Notes: generated from the sequence alone by a model not told the origin. DNA of 64,000 nucleotides from Narcine bancroftii (GCF_036971445.1 NC_091480.1:82646001-82710000); one strand, 5' to 3'; counted from the first letter of the stretch, positions 1 through 10,492 are shown. Made by a program: numbers and translations.

Positions 1-278
1 GCCACATTGACCACCGCCAGTGGGATGATATCGCCTCCAACTGTGCATCTTGGCGCCTCACAGTTCGGCGGGCAGCAACCTCCTTTGAAGAAGACCTCAC
101 TGACAATAGACAAAGGAGGAAACACCCAACCCCAACCCACCAATTTTCCCTTGCAACCGTGTCTGCCTGTCCTGCATCGGACTTGTCAGTCACCAACGAG
201 CCTGCAGCAGACGTGGACATACCCCTCCATTAATCTTCATCCGCGAAGCCAAGCCAAAGAAAGAAGAAGAAAGAAGAG
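1..278 (+). mobile_element. RTE-clade LINE 3' end
   Basis: Same sequence as the better-preserved copy at 58913-59364 (HIDHRQW...ATSFEE...), with an (AAAG/AAG)n tail. Cut by the window edge. Confidence 0.8.
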
Positions 279-619
279 TTAGGCCATGGCTAGGTGATGT
301 AAACAGGTCACAGTTCAGAGTGGATGCAGAGGAAGTTCATGAGGATGGCTTCTGGGATAGAGCATTTCTGTTATGAGGAAAAACATAATGTGATGAGTTT
401 TTAGTGAAGCGGAGAAGATGGTTGACATAGCTAGAAACAGATCCTTGTAGCAGAGGCTACAATATTTTTTAGGATAATGGGTGGGAGGTTTAAAGGCATT
501 TGGGAAGGACAACTTTTATATGGACTGAGCAGCCATATAAGCAGATAAGATGCCAAAATTCCAATGTCTAATATAGGAATGTGAAATGGCTAGTATTTAA
601 ATAATGTAATGGCATTGCA

Positions 620-1075
620 TGGAGGTGTTGAGGATCTGCTACAACTAAGCAAGATGCTGGTGGGACTACTTTGAAAAATATTGAGCAAATGTAGCTCAGC
701 TATGGGAAACACGATTAAGCTGGAAATCTTACAGAAAACATTCACATGATTTGAAGATAGAGTGCTACTTTTCTCCCAGGAAGTTAGGATACTTTTGGGG
801 GGGGGGGGGGTGGAGAGATTCATAAAATGATGAGTGGTATGTAGAAGGCACGTTTCTCTTCCCATTGTAGGGGAATCTAAAAGAAGGAGGGCATCGATTT
901 GAGGGGAATGGTTTAAAAGGGACCAAAGGGGGATAAAATGAAACGAGCTGGAACAGCTAGAAGCCTGTACAGTTGTGACGTTTAAAATGCATTTACACTG
1001 GTACATATGAATGGTTAAAAGGGATATGGGCTGAAAGCGGGCTTGGTCGGCTTGGACAGGTTGAACCGATGGCTC
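620..1075 (+). mobile_element. Degraded CR1-like LINE 3' fragment
   Basis: Resembles the other CR1 3' ends in this window (ggggaatctaaaagaaggagggcat...tttaaaatgcatttacac...gggatatgggc). Boundaries approximate. Confidence 0.55.
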
Positions 1076-1643
1076 ATTCATACCTTAGCGAAGGGCTCAG
1101 GCCCGAAACGTTGATTGTCTATCGACGATGCGTGAGTTTCTCCAGCACCTCTGCATCCCGCTGCAGTCACAGCGCCGGCAGCCTGTTCTATTCTACTCCG
1201 GAGAGCCTGTTTTCGTGCTCTGAAACTCGTTTGACACCAAGATGTTCGCAACTTCTACAAAAGATCATCTGAACCATTGAGACCATTTATTCTGACATGA
1301 CTAGCGACGGCTCGTTTCTGGCGACCCGTGTCAACCAGATAGCAGGGTAAATGACCGCAGAGAGGAATGAAGCTCCGACGCTGGCGATGTCATGAGAAGG
1401 GAATATTCCAAATTCCAGGAGCTACCACGTGTACATGTCAGCAATCCAGTAAATTCCTGGAGAATTACTACTCGACCCGCAGTCATTTATTGAAGATTTA
1501 ACCATAATCTTGGAGATGGGGTTTGAAAAGTACCTTCAGGTAAAACACCAGCTATTGATTTGTGACGTCGAGTTCAATGCAAGCAAAATTATTTTTGGCC
1601 ATCGATCCTGTTTGATGTCACTGATGCAAAATAGTTTTCAAAC

Positions 1644-1798
1644 CTTCCTGAAAATTCATCGATGAGTCATTCATGTCACTCATTCTTATTTAAAGCAACG
1701 CTGAGATTCCGCTGTTATTTTCTGCTCCCGCGTCCGGAGCCCAGCAATGTTCAGCAGATTCTGGAAGCGCCTGGGTCTCTGCCCCCCGGGATATATAA
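1644..1798 (+). promoter_or_regulatory. hsp30 copy 1 promoter: heat-shock elements, AP-1 site, TATA box
   Basis: cTTCc-tGAAa-aTTCa (1644-1658) is a perfect 3-unit HSE. TGAGTCA at 1663-1669. aGCAg-aTTCt-gGAAg at 1753-1767. TATATAA at 1792-1798, about 100 bp before the ATG. Confidence 0.85.
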
Positions 1799-1892
1799 GG
1801 TGTGCGTCCCGCGGGCTGCGGCAGCTCAGCCACTGAGATCTGCCCGTTCACAAGCAGCCGCTTTCAGAGCAGCGACAGGAGACGCGGAGACG

Positions 1893-2546
1893 ATGCTGAG
1901 CTGCCGGACCTGGTCCCCTTGCCGTCTGTGCCCGCAGCCTGTGCACACCCTGTGGCCCGTTCCACTCGCCGCCTTTGAGCCGCTCGAATGCACCGCGTGG
2001 AAACGGGCGGAGGCCACGAGAAAAGTCACGGGCTTCGTGGAGCGAATTTTTGAGGAGCTGGTGAAAGAATTCAGGGGCGAAGGAGCGAGGGAGCAGAGGC
2101 AGCGAGCGGCTGCCGCTGGAGAAGGCGACAGCGGGCAAGTGGGCGAGGATGGAGATGGCTTTTCCCTGTGGCTGGATGTGCTGCGATTCTCCCCGGAAGA
2201 ACTGAAGGTAAAAGTGCTTGGAAGAAAAGTGCTGGTGACCGGGAGCCGCGAGAAGAAGAGCGACGATGGCAGCGGCTCTTCCAGCTACAAATATGAAGAG
2301 TTGCGGAGGGAATTCCAGCTGCCGGACGGCGTCGATGCTCAAGCTGTGAACTGCTGCTTGTCCCAGGACGGTCGGTTACAGGTTCGAGCCCCCCGCCTGG
2401 CGCTGCCGGCTGTGGATGAGCGGCTCGTCCCCATCAACGTGGAATCTGGGGAAGCCACCGGTCCCGTCCCCAATCCCGGGGAAGAGGCAAAACAAGAGGA
2501 GAGAGGAGAGGTCGGTGGGAACAAGGAAACACACACGGACACTTAG
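1893..2546 (+). CDS. hsp30: Small heat shock protein, Hsp30/HSPB9-like, intronless, 217 aa (copy 1)
   Basis: Alpha-crystallin domain FSLWLDVLRFSPEELKVKVLGRKVLVTG...LPDGVD...CCLSQDGRLQVRAP, the Hsp30-type DDGSGSSSY loop and a C-terminal VPI (IxI-type) motif. ATG 1893 is the first ATG after the TATA box. Confidence 0.93.
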   Translation: MLSCRTWSPCRLCPQPVHTLWPVPLAAFEPLECTAWKRAEATRKVTGFVERIFEELVKEFRGEGAREQRQRAAAAGEGDSGQVGEDGDGFSLWLDVLRFSPEELKVKVLGRKVLVTGSREKKSDDGSGSSSYKYEELRREFQLPDGVDAQAVNCCLSQDGRLQVRAPRLALPAVDERLVPINVESGEATGPVPNPGEEAKQEERGEVGGNKETHTDT

Positions 2547-2823
2547 ACTCGTTTGCAATGAAACCCTGCAACGTGTCATTGTTCAGATGAAGATGTATTT
2601 TTACCAGTAATATTTTTAAATCAATAATTTTACTTATACCCTGAAAAAAAGGAGCAAGCCCAAAACGTTGGTTATGTATCTTTATCTTTGCTCCATAAAA
2701 TACACTGTTGGACCTTCCGGCGACCTCCAGCAGTGGGTTTTACATGTATCAGTACTTCTTAGTTAACAGTCTATCGTTGCTCACTCTGTTCACGAGGATT
2801 GCTTTACATCATTGTATTGAAAG

Positions 2824-2873
2824 AATAAATATTTTAAATATGAAATATTAGTTTTGGTTCATTATTTAATAAA
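2824..2873 (+). terminator. Polyadenylation signals of hsp30 copy 1
   Basis: AATAAA at 2824-2829 and 2868-2873. The first is conserved in the paralogous flanks (~6152 and 10682). Confidence 0.6.
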
Positions 2874-2989
2874 TGCGCTTTCATGGACTACACACAGACT
2901 TAGCACGTAAAGGTTTCCGTTTTCTTTTCTTTTCTCATGCACAATTAAGTTATTAAGAGCTTCCATGGCAGATGATTGGAGACATCCTC

Positions 2990-3860
2990 CTACATAAAAA
3001 TCGTGGCTTCCCATCGACCACCATCTACTCAGCTCTCACCCGTAGATCCTCCATCAGCTACACATCTGCCCTGACCCTCACCGCCCCCACGCCCAGAGAG
3101 GACAGGTTTCTCACCTCTCACCGCACCAGCCTCCTCATCCCTACACATCCTCCTCCACTATTCCCCCTACCTCTTAAAGTGATCCCACCACCAGACACAT
3201 ATTCTCATAGCCGCCCCCTTCTCAGGGACCACTCCTCCTTGACTCGTTCCCCTGAGGCTGCAGGAGAGCCTCACCTTGCCCCAACACCTCCTCCCACACC
3301 ACCAGTCGGGGCTCCAAACATTCAAGTGAAGCAACACAACACTTGTGAATTTGCAGGTGTCATCTATTGTATCCTGTGCTCCCTACCTCAGATAGACTGA
3401 ACTCAGATGGGAGATCGCTTGGTTACCTGGGCTCCCTCCACTGCAGTGGAGTTCCTCTCACAGTGGGCACTCCTTTCAATTCCCCGGCCCATTCCCTTAC
3501 TGCTATGCCTGTCCACGGTCTCATGCACTCCCAGACTTGAGACCACATTGAATGATCTTGTCTGGGCATCCTCCAACCGGATGGCATTAACATCAACTTC
3601 TCCGGTTTCCGTTACAACCCCCCACCACCTCGTCCCCCGGCTCCTTTCCCCCAGACCTGTCTCTCTCCCCTTTTTCTTTCCTCTCTGTCTTCTTTCACAA
3701 AGACAAAATCAATTCTCACCTTTCTTCTTATCAGTCGGGACTCTTTAGTCTGACGTCTTCCTGATTCTTTGCTTATACCATAAGAAGGGCTGAGGTCCGA
3801 ATCAGTGGTAGTATATCTTTCCCGTCTATGGAGGCTGTGTTTCTGTGTGTTTTTACTCAT
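2990..3860 (+). mobile_element. Penelope-like element 3' fragment
   Basis: RGFPSTTI...QVKQHNTCEFAGVIYCILC matches the GIY-YIG region of the Penelope copy at 61.4-63.4 kb. Ends in the terminal-repeat motif gaagggctgaggtccgaa. Confidence 0.75.
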
Positions 3861-4782
3861 TGAAAGCCCCTTTGGTGCCGAATTGAGGATTGGCACCAAT
3901 TCTGACCGCGAAACGGTGCGTTCCTTCTTTCCAAATCACAGGGTAGTCTCAAACAAATGACGGAATACTTCCACATAACGGAGATTTTTGTACACCGTCA
4001 TGTTCCTTGGCGCTGCCAACATGCCATCTGCGACCTGCGAGACCATCATTGGGTATCCCTCTGTGTGCCTCACCCATGGCTGTCAGACAGTTCTGTTACA
4101 GACTCAATATAAACAGCTTAAGCGACACTGCCAGAAATGGTCCGCATCTCACTGGAGTCAAGGCAAAACAAAGGACAGTTGTATTAAACTCAAAATTTCT
4201 GCTGGAAGTCCTTTTGTCTTTGCTCACACGTGTTGATATTAAACTGTTAAGCCCAAAGGAACAACCCTCTTAAATTCCCAGAGCTGCACCATCGCTCCTC
4301 ACTGTCACCCGCAGGAACCACGAGCGGGCAGAGTCCAGAGTTGCTGTTTATATTCCTTGAACGGAGTTCGATATAATTGCTTAATTGTGCATGAGAAAAG
4401 AAAAGAAAACGGAAACCTTTACGTGCTAAGTCTGTGTGTAGTCCATGAAAGCGCATTTATTAAATAATGAACCAAAACTAATATTTCATATTTAAAATAT
4501 TTATTCTTTCAATACAATGATGTAAAACAATCCTCGTGAACAGAGTGAGCAACGATAGACTGTTAACTAAGAAGTACTGATACATGTAAAACCCACTGCT
4601 GGAGGTCGCCGGAAGGTCCAACAGTGTATTTTATGGAGCAAAGATAAAGATACATAACCAACGTTTTGGGCTTGCTCCTTTTTTTCAGGGTATAAGTAAA
4701 ATTATTGATTTAAAAATATTACTGGTAAAAATACATCTTCATCTGAACAATGACACGTTGCAGGGTTTCATTGCAAACGAGT

Positions 4783-5436
4783 CTAAGTGTCCGTGTGCGT
4801 TTCCTTGTTCCCACCGACCTCTCCTCTCTCCTCTTGTTTTGCCTCTTCCCCGGGATTGGGGACGGGACCGGTGGCTTCCCCAGATTCCACGTTGATGGGG
4901 ACGAGCCGCTCATCCACAGCCGGCAGCGCCAGGCGGGGGGCTCGAACCTGTAACCGACCGTCCTGGGACAAGCAGCAGTTCACAGCTTGAGCATCGACGC
5001 CGTCCGGCAGCTGGAATTCCCTCCGCAACTCTTCATATTTGTAGCTGGAAGAGCCGCTGCCATCGTCGCTCTTCTTCTCGCGGCTCCCGGTCACCAGCAC
5101 TTTTCTTCCAAGCACTTTTACCTTCAGTTCTTCCGGGGAGAATCGCAGCACATCCAGCCACAGGGAAAAGCCATCTCCATCCTCGCCCACTTGCCCGCTG
5201 TCGCCTTCTCCAGCGGCAGCCGCTCGCTGCCTCTGCTCCCTCGCTCCTTCGCCCCTGAATTCTTTCACCAGCTCCTCAAAAATTCGCTCCACGAAGCCCG
5301 TGACTTTTCTCGTGGCCTCCGCCCGTTTCCACGCGGTGCATTCGAGCGGCTCAAAGGCGGCGAGTGGAACGGGCCACAGGGTGTGCACAGGCTGCGGGCA
5401 CAGACGGCAAGGGGACCAGGTCCGGCAGCTCAGCAT
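4783..5436 (-). CDS. hsp30: Hsp30/HSPB9-like small heat shock protein, 217 aa (copy 2)
   Basis: Protein identical to copy 1. One synonymous difference (ACG vs ACA, Thr). Confidence 0.93.
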   Translation of the reverse strand: MLSCRTWSPCRLCPQPVHTLWPVPLAAFEPLECTAWKRAEATRKVTGFVERIFEELVKEFRGEGAREQRQRAAAAGEGDSGQVGEDGDGFSLWLDVLRFSPEELKVKVLGRKVLVTGSREKKSDDGSGSSSYKYEELRREFQLPDGVDAQAVNCCLSQDGRLQVRAPRLALPAVDERLVPINVESGEATGPVPNPGEEAKQEERGEVGGNKETHTDT

Positions 5437-5530
5437 CGTCTCCGCGTCTCCTGTCGCTGCTCTGAAAGCGGCTGCTTGTGAACGGGCAGATCTCAGTGGC
5501 TGAGCTGCCGCAGCCCGCGGGACGCACACC

Positions 5531-5685
5531 TTATATATCCCGGGGGGCAGAGACCCAGGCGCTTCCAGAATCTGCTGAACATTGCTGGGCTCCGGACGCG
5601 GGAGCAGAAAATAACAGCGGAATCTCAGCGTTGCTTTAAATAAGAATGAGTGACATGAATGACTCATCGATGAATTTTCAGGAAG
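5531..5685 (-). promoter_or_regulatory. hsp30 copy 2 promoter (TATA, HSEs, AP-1)
   Basis: Mirror of 1644-1798: TATA 5531-5537, AP-1 5660-5666, HSE 5671-5685. Confidence 0.85.
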
Positions 5686-5871
5686 GTTTGAAAACTATTT
5701 TGCATCAGTGACATCAAACAGGATCGATGGCCAAAAATAATTTTGCTTGCATTGAACTCGACGTCACAAATCAATAGCTGGTGTTTTACCTGAAGGTACT
5801 TTTCAAACCCCATCTCCAAGATTATGGTTAAATCTTCAATAAATGACTGCGGGTCGAGTAGTAATTCTCCA

Positions 5872-6290
5872 GGAACAAGGAAACAGACTCATTTTCAATG
5901 AAACTTCCACATGTCAACGTCTAGATGAAGATGTAGTTTTAGAGTAACACATAAATACCTTTAAAATATCAATGAACTTGCTCATAATTTGATGAAGGGC
6001 TCTAGGCCGGAACGTTGGTTATGTATCTTTATCTCTGACCCGCTGAGATTTCCCACCTTTGTATCACTACTTGTTTGTTTGACCCTCAGTAGTTACTTAC
6101 CCTGCCACTACACACGTTCTCGTGGATTATTTTACGCTATTGTACTGAAAGAATAAATATTTTGATTTGTAAACTATTTGTTTTGTTTCATTTCCTTTAT
6201 TAAATGCATATTCATGAACTAAACATAGTCATAACTCGTTAAGGTATTTTCTTTTTTCAAACGCAATTCAGCTGCCTAGGTCTTCCATGC
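5872..6290 (+). pseudogene. 3' relic of a fourth, diverged hsp30 copy (last codons and 3' UTR)
   Basis: ggaacaaggaaac-agactcattttcaatgaaac...agatgaagatgtagttttagagt aligns with the stop region and 3' UTR of copy 3. Homology continues through the AATAAA region. Confidence 0.85.
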
Positions 6291-6700
6291 CACATCATCA
6301 GATGTCAACCTTTAATCAACGTGCCTTCCCCTCTACTGCCATCAACACGTCCCTCACCCGTAGATCCTCCATCAGCCGCACATCTGCCCGGTCCCTCACC
6401 ACCCCCATGTGCAACAAGGACAGGATTTCCCCCTGTCCGCACCGACTGACCCACCAGCCTCCGTCTCCTGCATATCCTCTTGCACCATTTCCACTGCATG
6501 ATCCCACCGCCAGACACAGCGTCCCCTCTCCTCCCCTCTTCATTTCCCCCCAGGGACCGCTCCCTCCTTGACTCCCATGTCTACTCCTCCCTTCGCAACT
6601 ATCCCTGTGACCACAGGGTGTGATCCACTTGCACCCACACTTCCTCTCTCACCTGTGAATCTGCAGGGGTCTTCTGCTGCATCCAGTGCTCCAGTTGTGG
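6290..6700 (+). mobile_element. Penelope-like fragment (paralog of 10810-11745)
   Basis: ORF MPHHQMSTFNQRAFPS.. is shared with 10804..11064. Confidence 0.75.
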
Positions 6701-6704
6701 TCTC

Positions 6705-7150
6705 AAGGTAACAAACATCGATTGTTCTCACTTCCTGTTTGATCAACTCAGTTTATTCAAAACAAGCCACAGTGTGGAATTAAACTGAAACAAATGAATA
6801 CATAGATTTTTAAAAAGGAATCTGATATATTTTTCAAATGAGGTAAAATGCAATGCAGGAGAAACTCAGCTGGTCCAACAGCGTACTTTATCTAGCTAAG
6901 ATAAAGTTACATACCACCGTTTAGGCCTTGAGGCCTTCATCAAGGACTACAAAATGTGTTCTCCTTATGGAGTCAGTTTGATTTAACTGCTGTCACCTTG
7001 TCACTAATAGCAAGTTCCCTGTAAAGTGAAATACCAACACCTCTCCTGTGACCCATGCAATTAACTATGGTTAACTTTACAGAGGTTTGGCCAGTAGCAG
7101 CCCTCTCCTTCTATCCCAGTTGCATTCAAAGTATAATCTTTTAATTTCTG
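6705..7150 (+). repeat. Diverged direct duplicate of ~13993-14440
   Basis: aaggtaacaaaca...ccacagtgtggaatt...ctaatagcaagttccctgtaaagtgaaata...gcattcaaag aligns colinearly at both sites. Confidence 0.85.
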
Positions 7151-7685
7151 GCACATTTCTACGGATGTGTGGTGGAAAGTCTGCTGCCTGCTGTATCACG
7201 TTGTGGTGTGAGGCACCAATACCTCTGAGCAGAAAGCCCTGCAAAAACAGAAAGCCCGGGACATCACAGGCAAAACCCTCCCCACCATTGAGAATGTCTA
7301 CAAGGAACGCTGCCGTCAGAGAGCAGCACCAATCATCAAGGATCCACACCAACCAGCGCACACCCTGTTCTTGCTGCTACCATCAGGTAAGGGTAGAGGG
7401 GCCACAAGACTCGCACCACCATGTTCCGGAACAGCTGCTGCCCTCCTCCATCAGACTCCTAAATGACAAACTCATTCAGAGATTCATTTAAAGCATCTTA
7501 CGTTTGAACTTAGTTGACTTCTCCTCCCTACATTGCAGGCTATTTCTTTTTTTTTGTCTTCTTGAGTACAGTGCTTTTTTTGCACTACCAATAAGTGGTA
7601 ATTCTGCCTTGCCGCAAGAAAAAAGAATCTCAGGGTTGTATGTGATGAAAAGTATGTACACTGACAATAAATCTGAACTTTGAAC
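7150..7685 (+). mobile_element. Rex1/Babar-like LINE 3' end
   Basis: Homologous to 58250-58815 and 40840-41330. Tail tgacaataaatctgaactttgaac. Confidence 0.7.
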
Positions 7686-7689
7686 ACTG

Positions 7690-8070
7690 TAAACGGCAGG
7701 ACACTGAGGAATGCGGTAGAATTGAGGGATCTGGGAATACAGAGACTTAATTCGCTGAACGTGGCGTCACAGGTAAACAAGGTCAGAAAGAGATCTTTTG
7801 GCACATTAGCTTTTATAAATCCAAACATTTAGGTTTGGAGTTTGCTATTAGGGTAGAGTTGGACAAGACATGGACTCAGCAAATTTGTAGTGTGTGCAGT
7901 TCTGGTCACCTAACAACAGGAAGGATGTCAATAAGATTGAAAGAGTGCAGAGGACATTTACAAAGACGTTCCCAGGACTTGAAGAACTGAGTTACAGTGA
8001 AAGGTTAAGCAAGTTAGGACTTTATTCCCTGGAGTGTAGAAGAATGAGGGGAGATTTGGCAGAAGTGTAC
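7690..8070 (+). mobile_element. CR1-like LINE RT C-terminal fragment
   Basis: QFWSP..RKDVNKIERVQRTFTK..PGLEELSYSERLSKLGLYSLE..RMRGDL. Confidence 0.85.
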
Positions 8071-8770
8071 TGTGACAGAGTATTTAGAGGTGGTTTGGGA
8101 GGAATTGTTAGAGCAGCTTGCACACACACATTTTAAAACACAGAATATTTGCAGGACTTTTGCAGAATGCTTTTTGCAGGAGGCAACAAATTATAGACAA
8201 CAGCTTGCCTGGGAGAGCATGTGATCTTTGCAGGGACAAGAGAAGTGTTTTGCTCTCAGAGAGGGAGGGTGTGAAACAGAGAGAGAGGAAATAATCAGTT
8301 CAAGAAGGACAAGCTGGCAAACTTTGGAAGGCTGCCTGGTTGAAGGAGAAGACTGGCAGTCTGAAATGTGACCTGAAAGAAAGAGAATCACCTGAAGAAC
8401 CCTGAAGGGGGCAAGTTTTGACAGCAAGACTGATTGAGAAGCAATCAGTTGTGGATGTCCTGGAAAAGGAATCTCTGAAAACCAGCAAGAACCCACCTGA
8501 GTGGTAATTGTTTGCCTGTTAAGCACCAAAGGCTGGTGAACTTTGTTAATGCTAACTTCTGTGCACAGTTCAAGAATTGCCTGCAACCAGTGAGAGCCAA
8601 AGAACTTTTCTAATCTTAAATATACATGACATGCACCTGCGCTTAGTATTAGAGGGGGATTAAGTCGTTAGGTAGGTTAAGTAATAAGTTAAAGATCAAT
8701 TCTGTTTTCTTGTTCAAATATAATTCAAAACTACTTTTGTTTAAGTAACCCTGTGTTTTTGGGGTCCTCA
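8071..8770. mobile_element. LTR-like insertion interrupting the CR1
   Basis: Starts TGTGAC exactly where CR1 homology stops, and CR1-like sequence resumes after ~8770. No clear TSD. Confidence 0.4.
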
Positions 8771-9079
8771 TGGTGTAGATTGAGTAAACGCGAGCAGGAG
8801 CAGTTAACGAGCTGCCAGCTGAATTGGTAAATTCAGGCTCAGTCTTGACATTTACGAAACATTTGGACAGGTGCACTGACGGCAGGACCATGGTGCAGGT
8901 CAGGGGGGGTTAAGGAGGAATATAGTTTGGGATAGACTAGAAGGGCCGAAGGCAGTGTTTCTGTGCTGTAATATTCGATGCTTTTAACATCTGCCGTCAT
9001 GTCCCAACTTTATACTTTGGAACCAACTTTGCTTGAATCAACGCTGCATCCCTGCGCCTCCCCGTGTCGTCATGGGCTC

Positions 9080-9236
9080 AGAACAGGCTGGAAGTCTCTG
9101 GGTGATGTCGGTGAGTCACCGGGTGAAACCTCCCAGTTTAGAGGCGGAGTCAGTCTGTTCACCTCCCGCGTCCGGAGCCCAGCAATGTTCAGCAGATTCT
9201 GGAAGCGCCTGGGTCTCTGCCCCCCGGGATATATAA
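9080..9236 (+). promoter_or_regulatory. hsp30 copy 3 promoter
   Basis: Degenerate HSE aGAAc-aggct-gGAAg-tCTCt (9080-9099), TGAGTCA 9112-9118, proximal HSE 9191-9205, TATATAA 9230-9236. Confidence 0.75.
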
Positions 9237-9330
9237 GGTGTGCGTCCCGCGGGCTGCGGCAGCTCAGCCACTGAGATCTGCCCGTTCACAAGCAGCCGCT
9301 TTCAGAGCAGCGACAGGAGACGCGGAGACG

Positions 9331-9984
9331 ATGCTGAGCTGCCGGACCTGGTCCCCTTGCCGTCTGTGCCCGCAGCCTGTGCACACCCTGTGGCCCGTTC
9401 CACTCGCCGCCTTTGAGCCGCTCGAATGCACCGCGTGGAAACGGGCGGAGGCCACGAGAAAAGTCACGGGCTTCGTGGAGCGAATTTTTGAGGAGCTGGT
9501 GAAAGAATTCAGGGGCGAAGGAGCGAGGGAGCAGAGGCAGCGAGCGGCTGCCGCTGGAGAAGGCGACAGCGGGCAAGTGGGCGAGGATGGAGATGGCTTT
9601 TCCCTGTGGCTGGATGTGCTGCGATTCTCCCCGGAAGAACTGAAGGTAAAAGTGCTTGGAAGAAAAGTGCTGGTGACCGGGAGCCGCGAGAAGAAGAGCG
9701 ACGATGGCAGCGGCTCTTCCAGCTACAAATATGAAGAGTTGCGGAGGGAATTCCAGCTGCCGGACGGCGTCGATGCTCAAGCTGTGAACTGCTGCTTGTC
9801 CCAGGACGGTCGGTTACAGGTTCGAGCCCCCCGCCTGGCGCTGCCGGCTGTGGATGAGCGGCTCGTCCCCATCAACGTGGAATCTGGGGAAGCCACCGGT
9901 CCCGTCCCCAATCCCGGGGAAGAGGCAAAACAAGAGGAGAGAGGAGAGGTCGGTGGGAACAAGGAAACGCACACGGACACTTAG
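9331..9984 (+). CDS. hsp30: Hsp30/HSPB9-like small heat shock protein, 217 aa (copy 3)
   Basis: Protein identical to copies 1 and 2, offset +7438 from copy 1. Confidence 0.93.
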   Translation: MLSCRTWSPCRLCPQPVHTLWPVPLAAFEPLECTAWKRAEATRKVTGFVERIFEELVKEFRGEGAREQRQRAAAAGEGDSGQVGEDGDGFSLWLDVLRFSPEELKVKVLGRKVLVTGSREKKSDDGSGSSSYKYEELRREFQLPDGVDAQAVNCCLSQDGRLQVRAPRLALPAVDERLVPINVESGEATGPVPNPGEEAKQEERGEVGGNKETHTDT

Positions 9985-10071
9985 ACTCGTTTGCAATGAA
10001 ACCCTGCAACGTGTCATTGTTCAGATGAAGATGTATTTTTAGAGTCATGTAGAAAAACCTTTAAAATATCA

Positions 10072-10492
10072 ATTATAGATGTTAAGTAATTTAAAATATG
10101 TTAATTGGTAGAATTTGGTACAAACTTTGTTACTTCCCTGCCTCACTCAATTTATTTCATTTTACTTTATTAGATGTTATTTGTGTGCTTTTTAAAAAAA
10201 CCCCTATATACATATTTTTTGAATTGTGTTATATATTACACAGTAGTGTTTAATTGTTCCATATACTTCATACTTAAAAGATATAATTGTAGTTGTAAAT
10301 ATTAGAATAAATAGGTCACAATTTATTAATGAGGTAATATCCAGTATTGCTAAAAAGTCTATTTTTTCATTTCTTTTCCATCTTTCTTTGGGGCTTTTCT
10401 GCATTGGAGGGGGAGAAAAATTATAAAACAGATATTGATTTTAATATAAAATTTTCTAGTTTTGTTACATGCGCCAATAAAATATGAAAATA
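10072..10492 (+). mobile_element. AT-rich insertion (probable L1-like 3' end) in the copy 3 3' UTR
   Basis: Absent from the paralogous flank at ~5970. Ends in AATAAA/A-rich sequence and is flanked by aaaatatca at 10063-10071 and 10493-10501. Confidence 0.5.

Larger units (their letters stand above)
1454..2949. repeat. Left arm of a 1496-bp inverted duplication (partner 4380-5875)
   Basis: Positions mirror as x' = 7329 - x. I saw only two mismatches (2531, 2802). Confidence 0.97.
4380..5875. repeat. Right arm of the 1496-bp inverted duplication
   Basis: Reverse complement of 1454-2949. Confidence 0.97.

Noticed and set aside
1662-1892. 77-aa N-terminal extension of Hsp30 in the 294-aa ORFs (and 31 aa in the 248-aa ORF)
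   Set aside because: It starts upstream of the TATA box and runs through the HSE. It differs in copy 3, where the track uses a GTG start. The real start is ATG 1893 / 5436 / 9331.
1848-2342. 164-aa antisense ORF and other short overlapping ORFs repeated three times
   Set aside because: Shadows of a GC-rich CDS, repeated only because the gene is. No recognisable domain.
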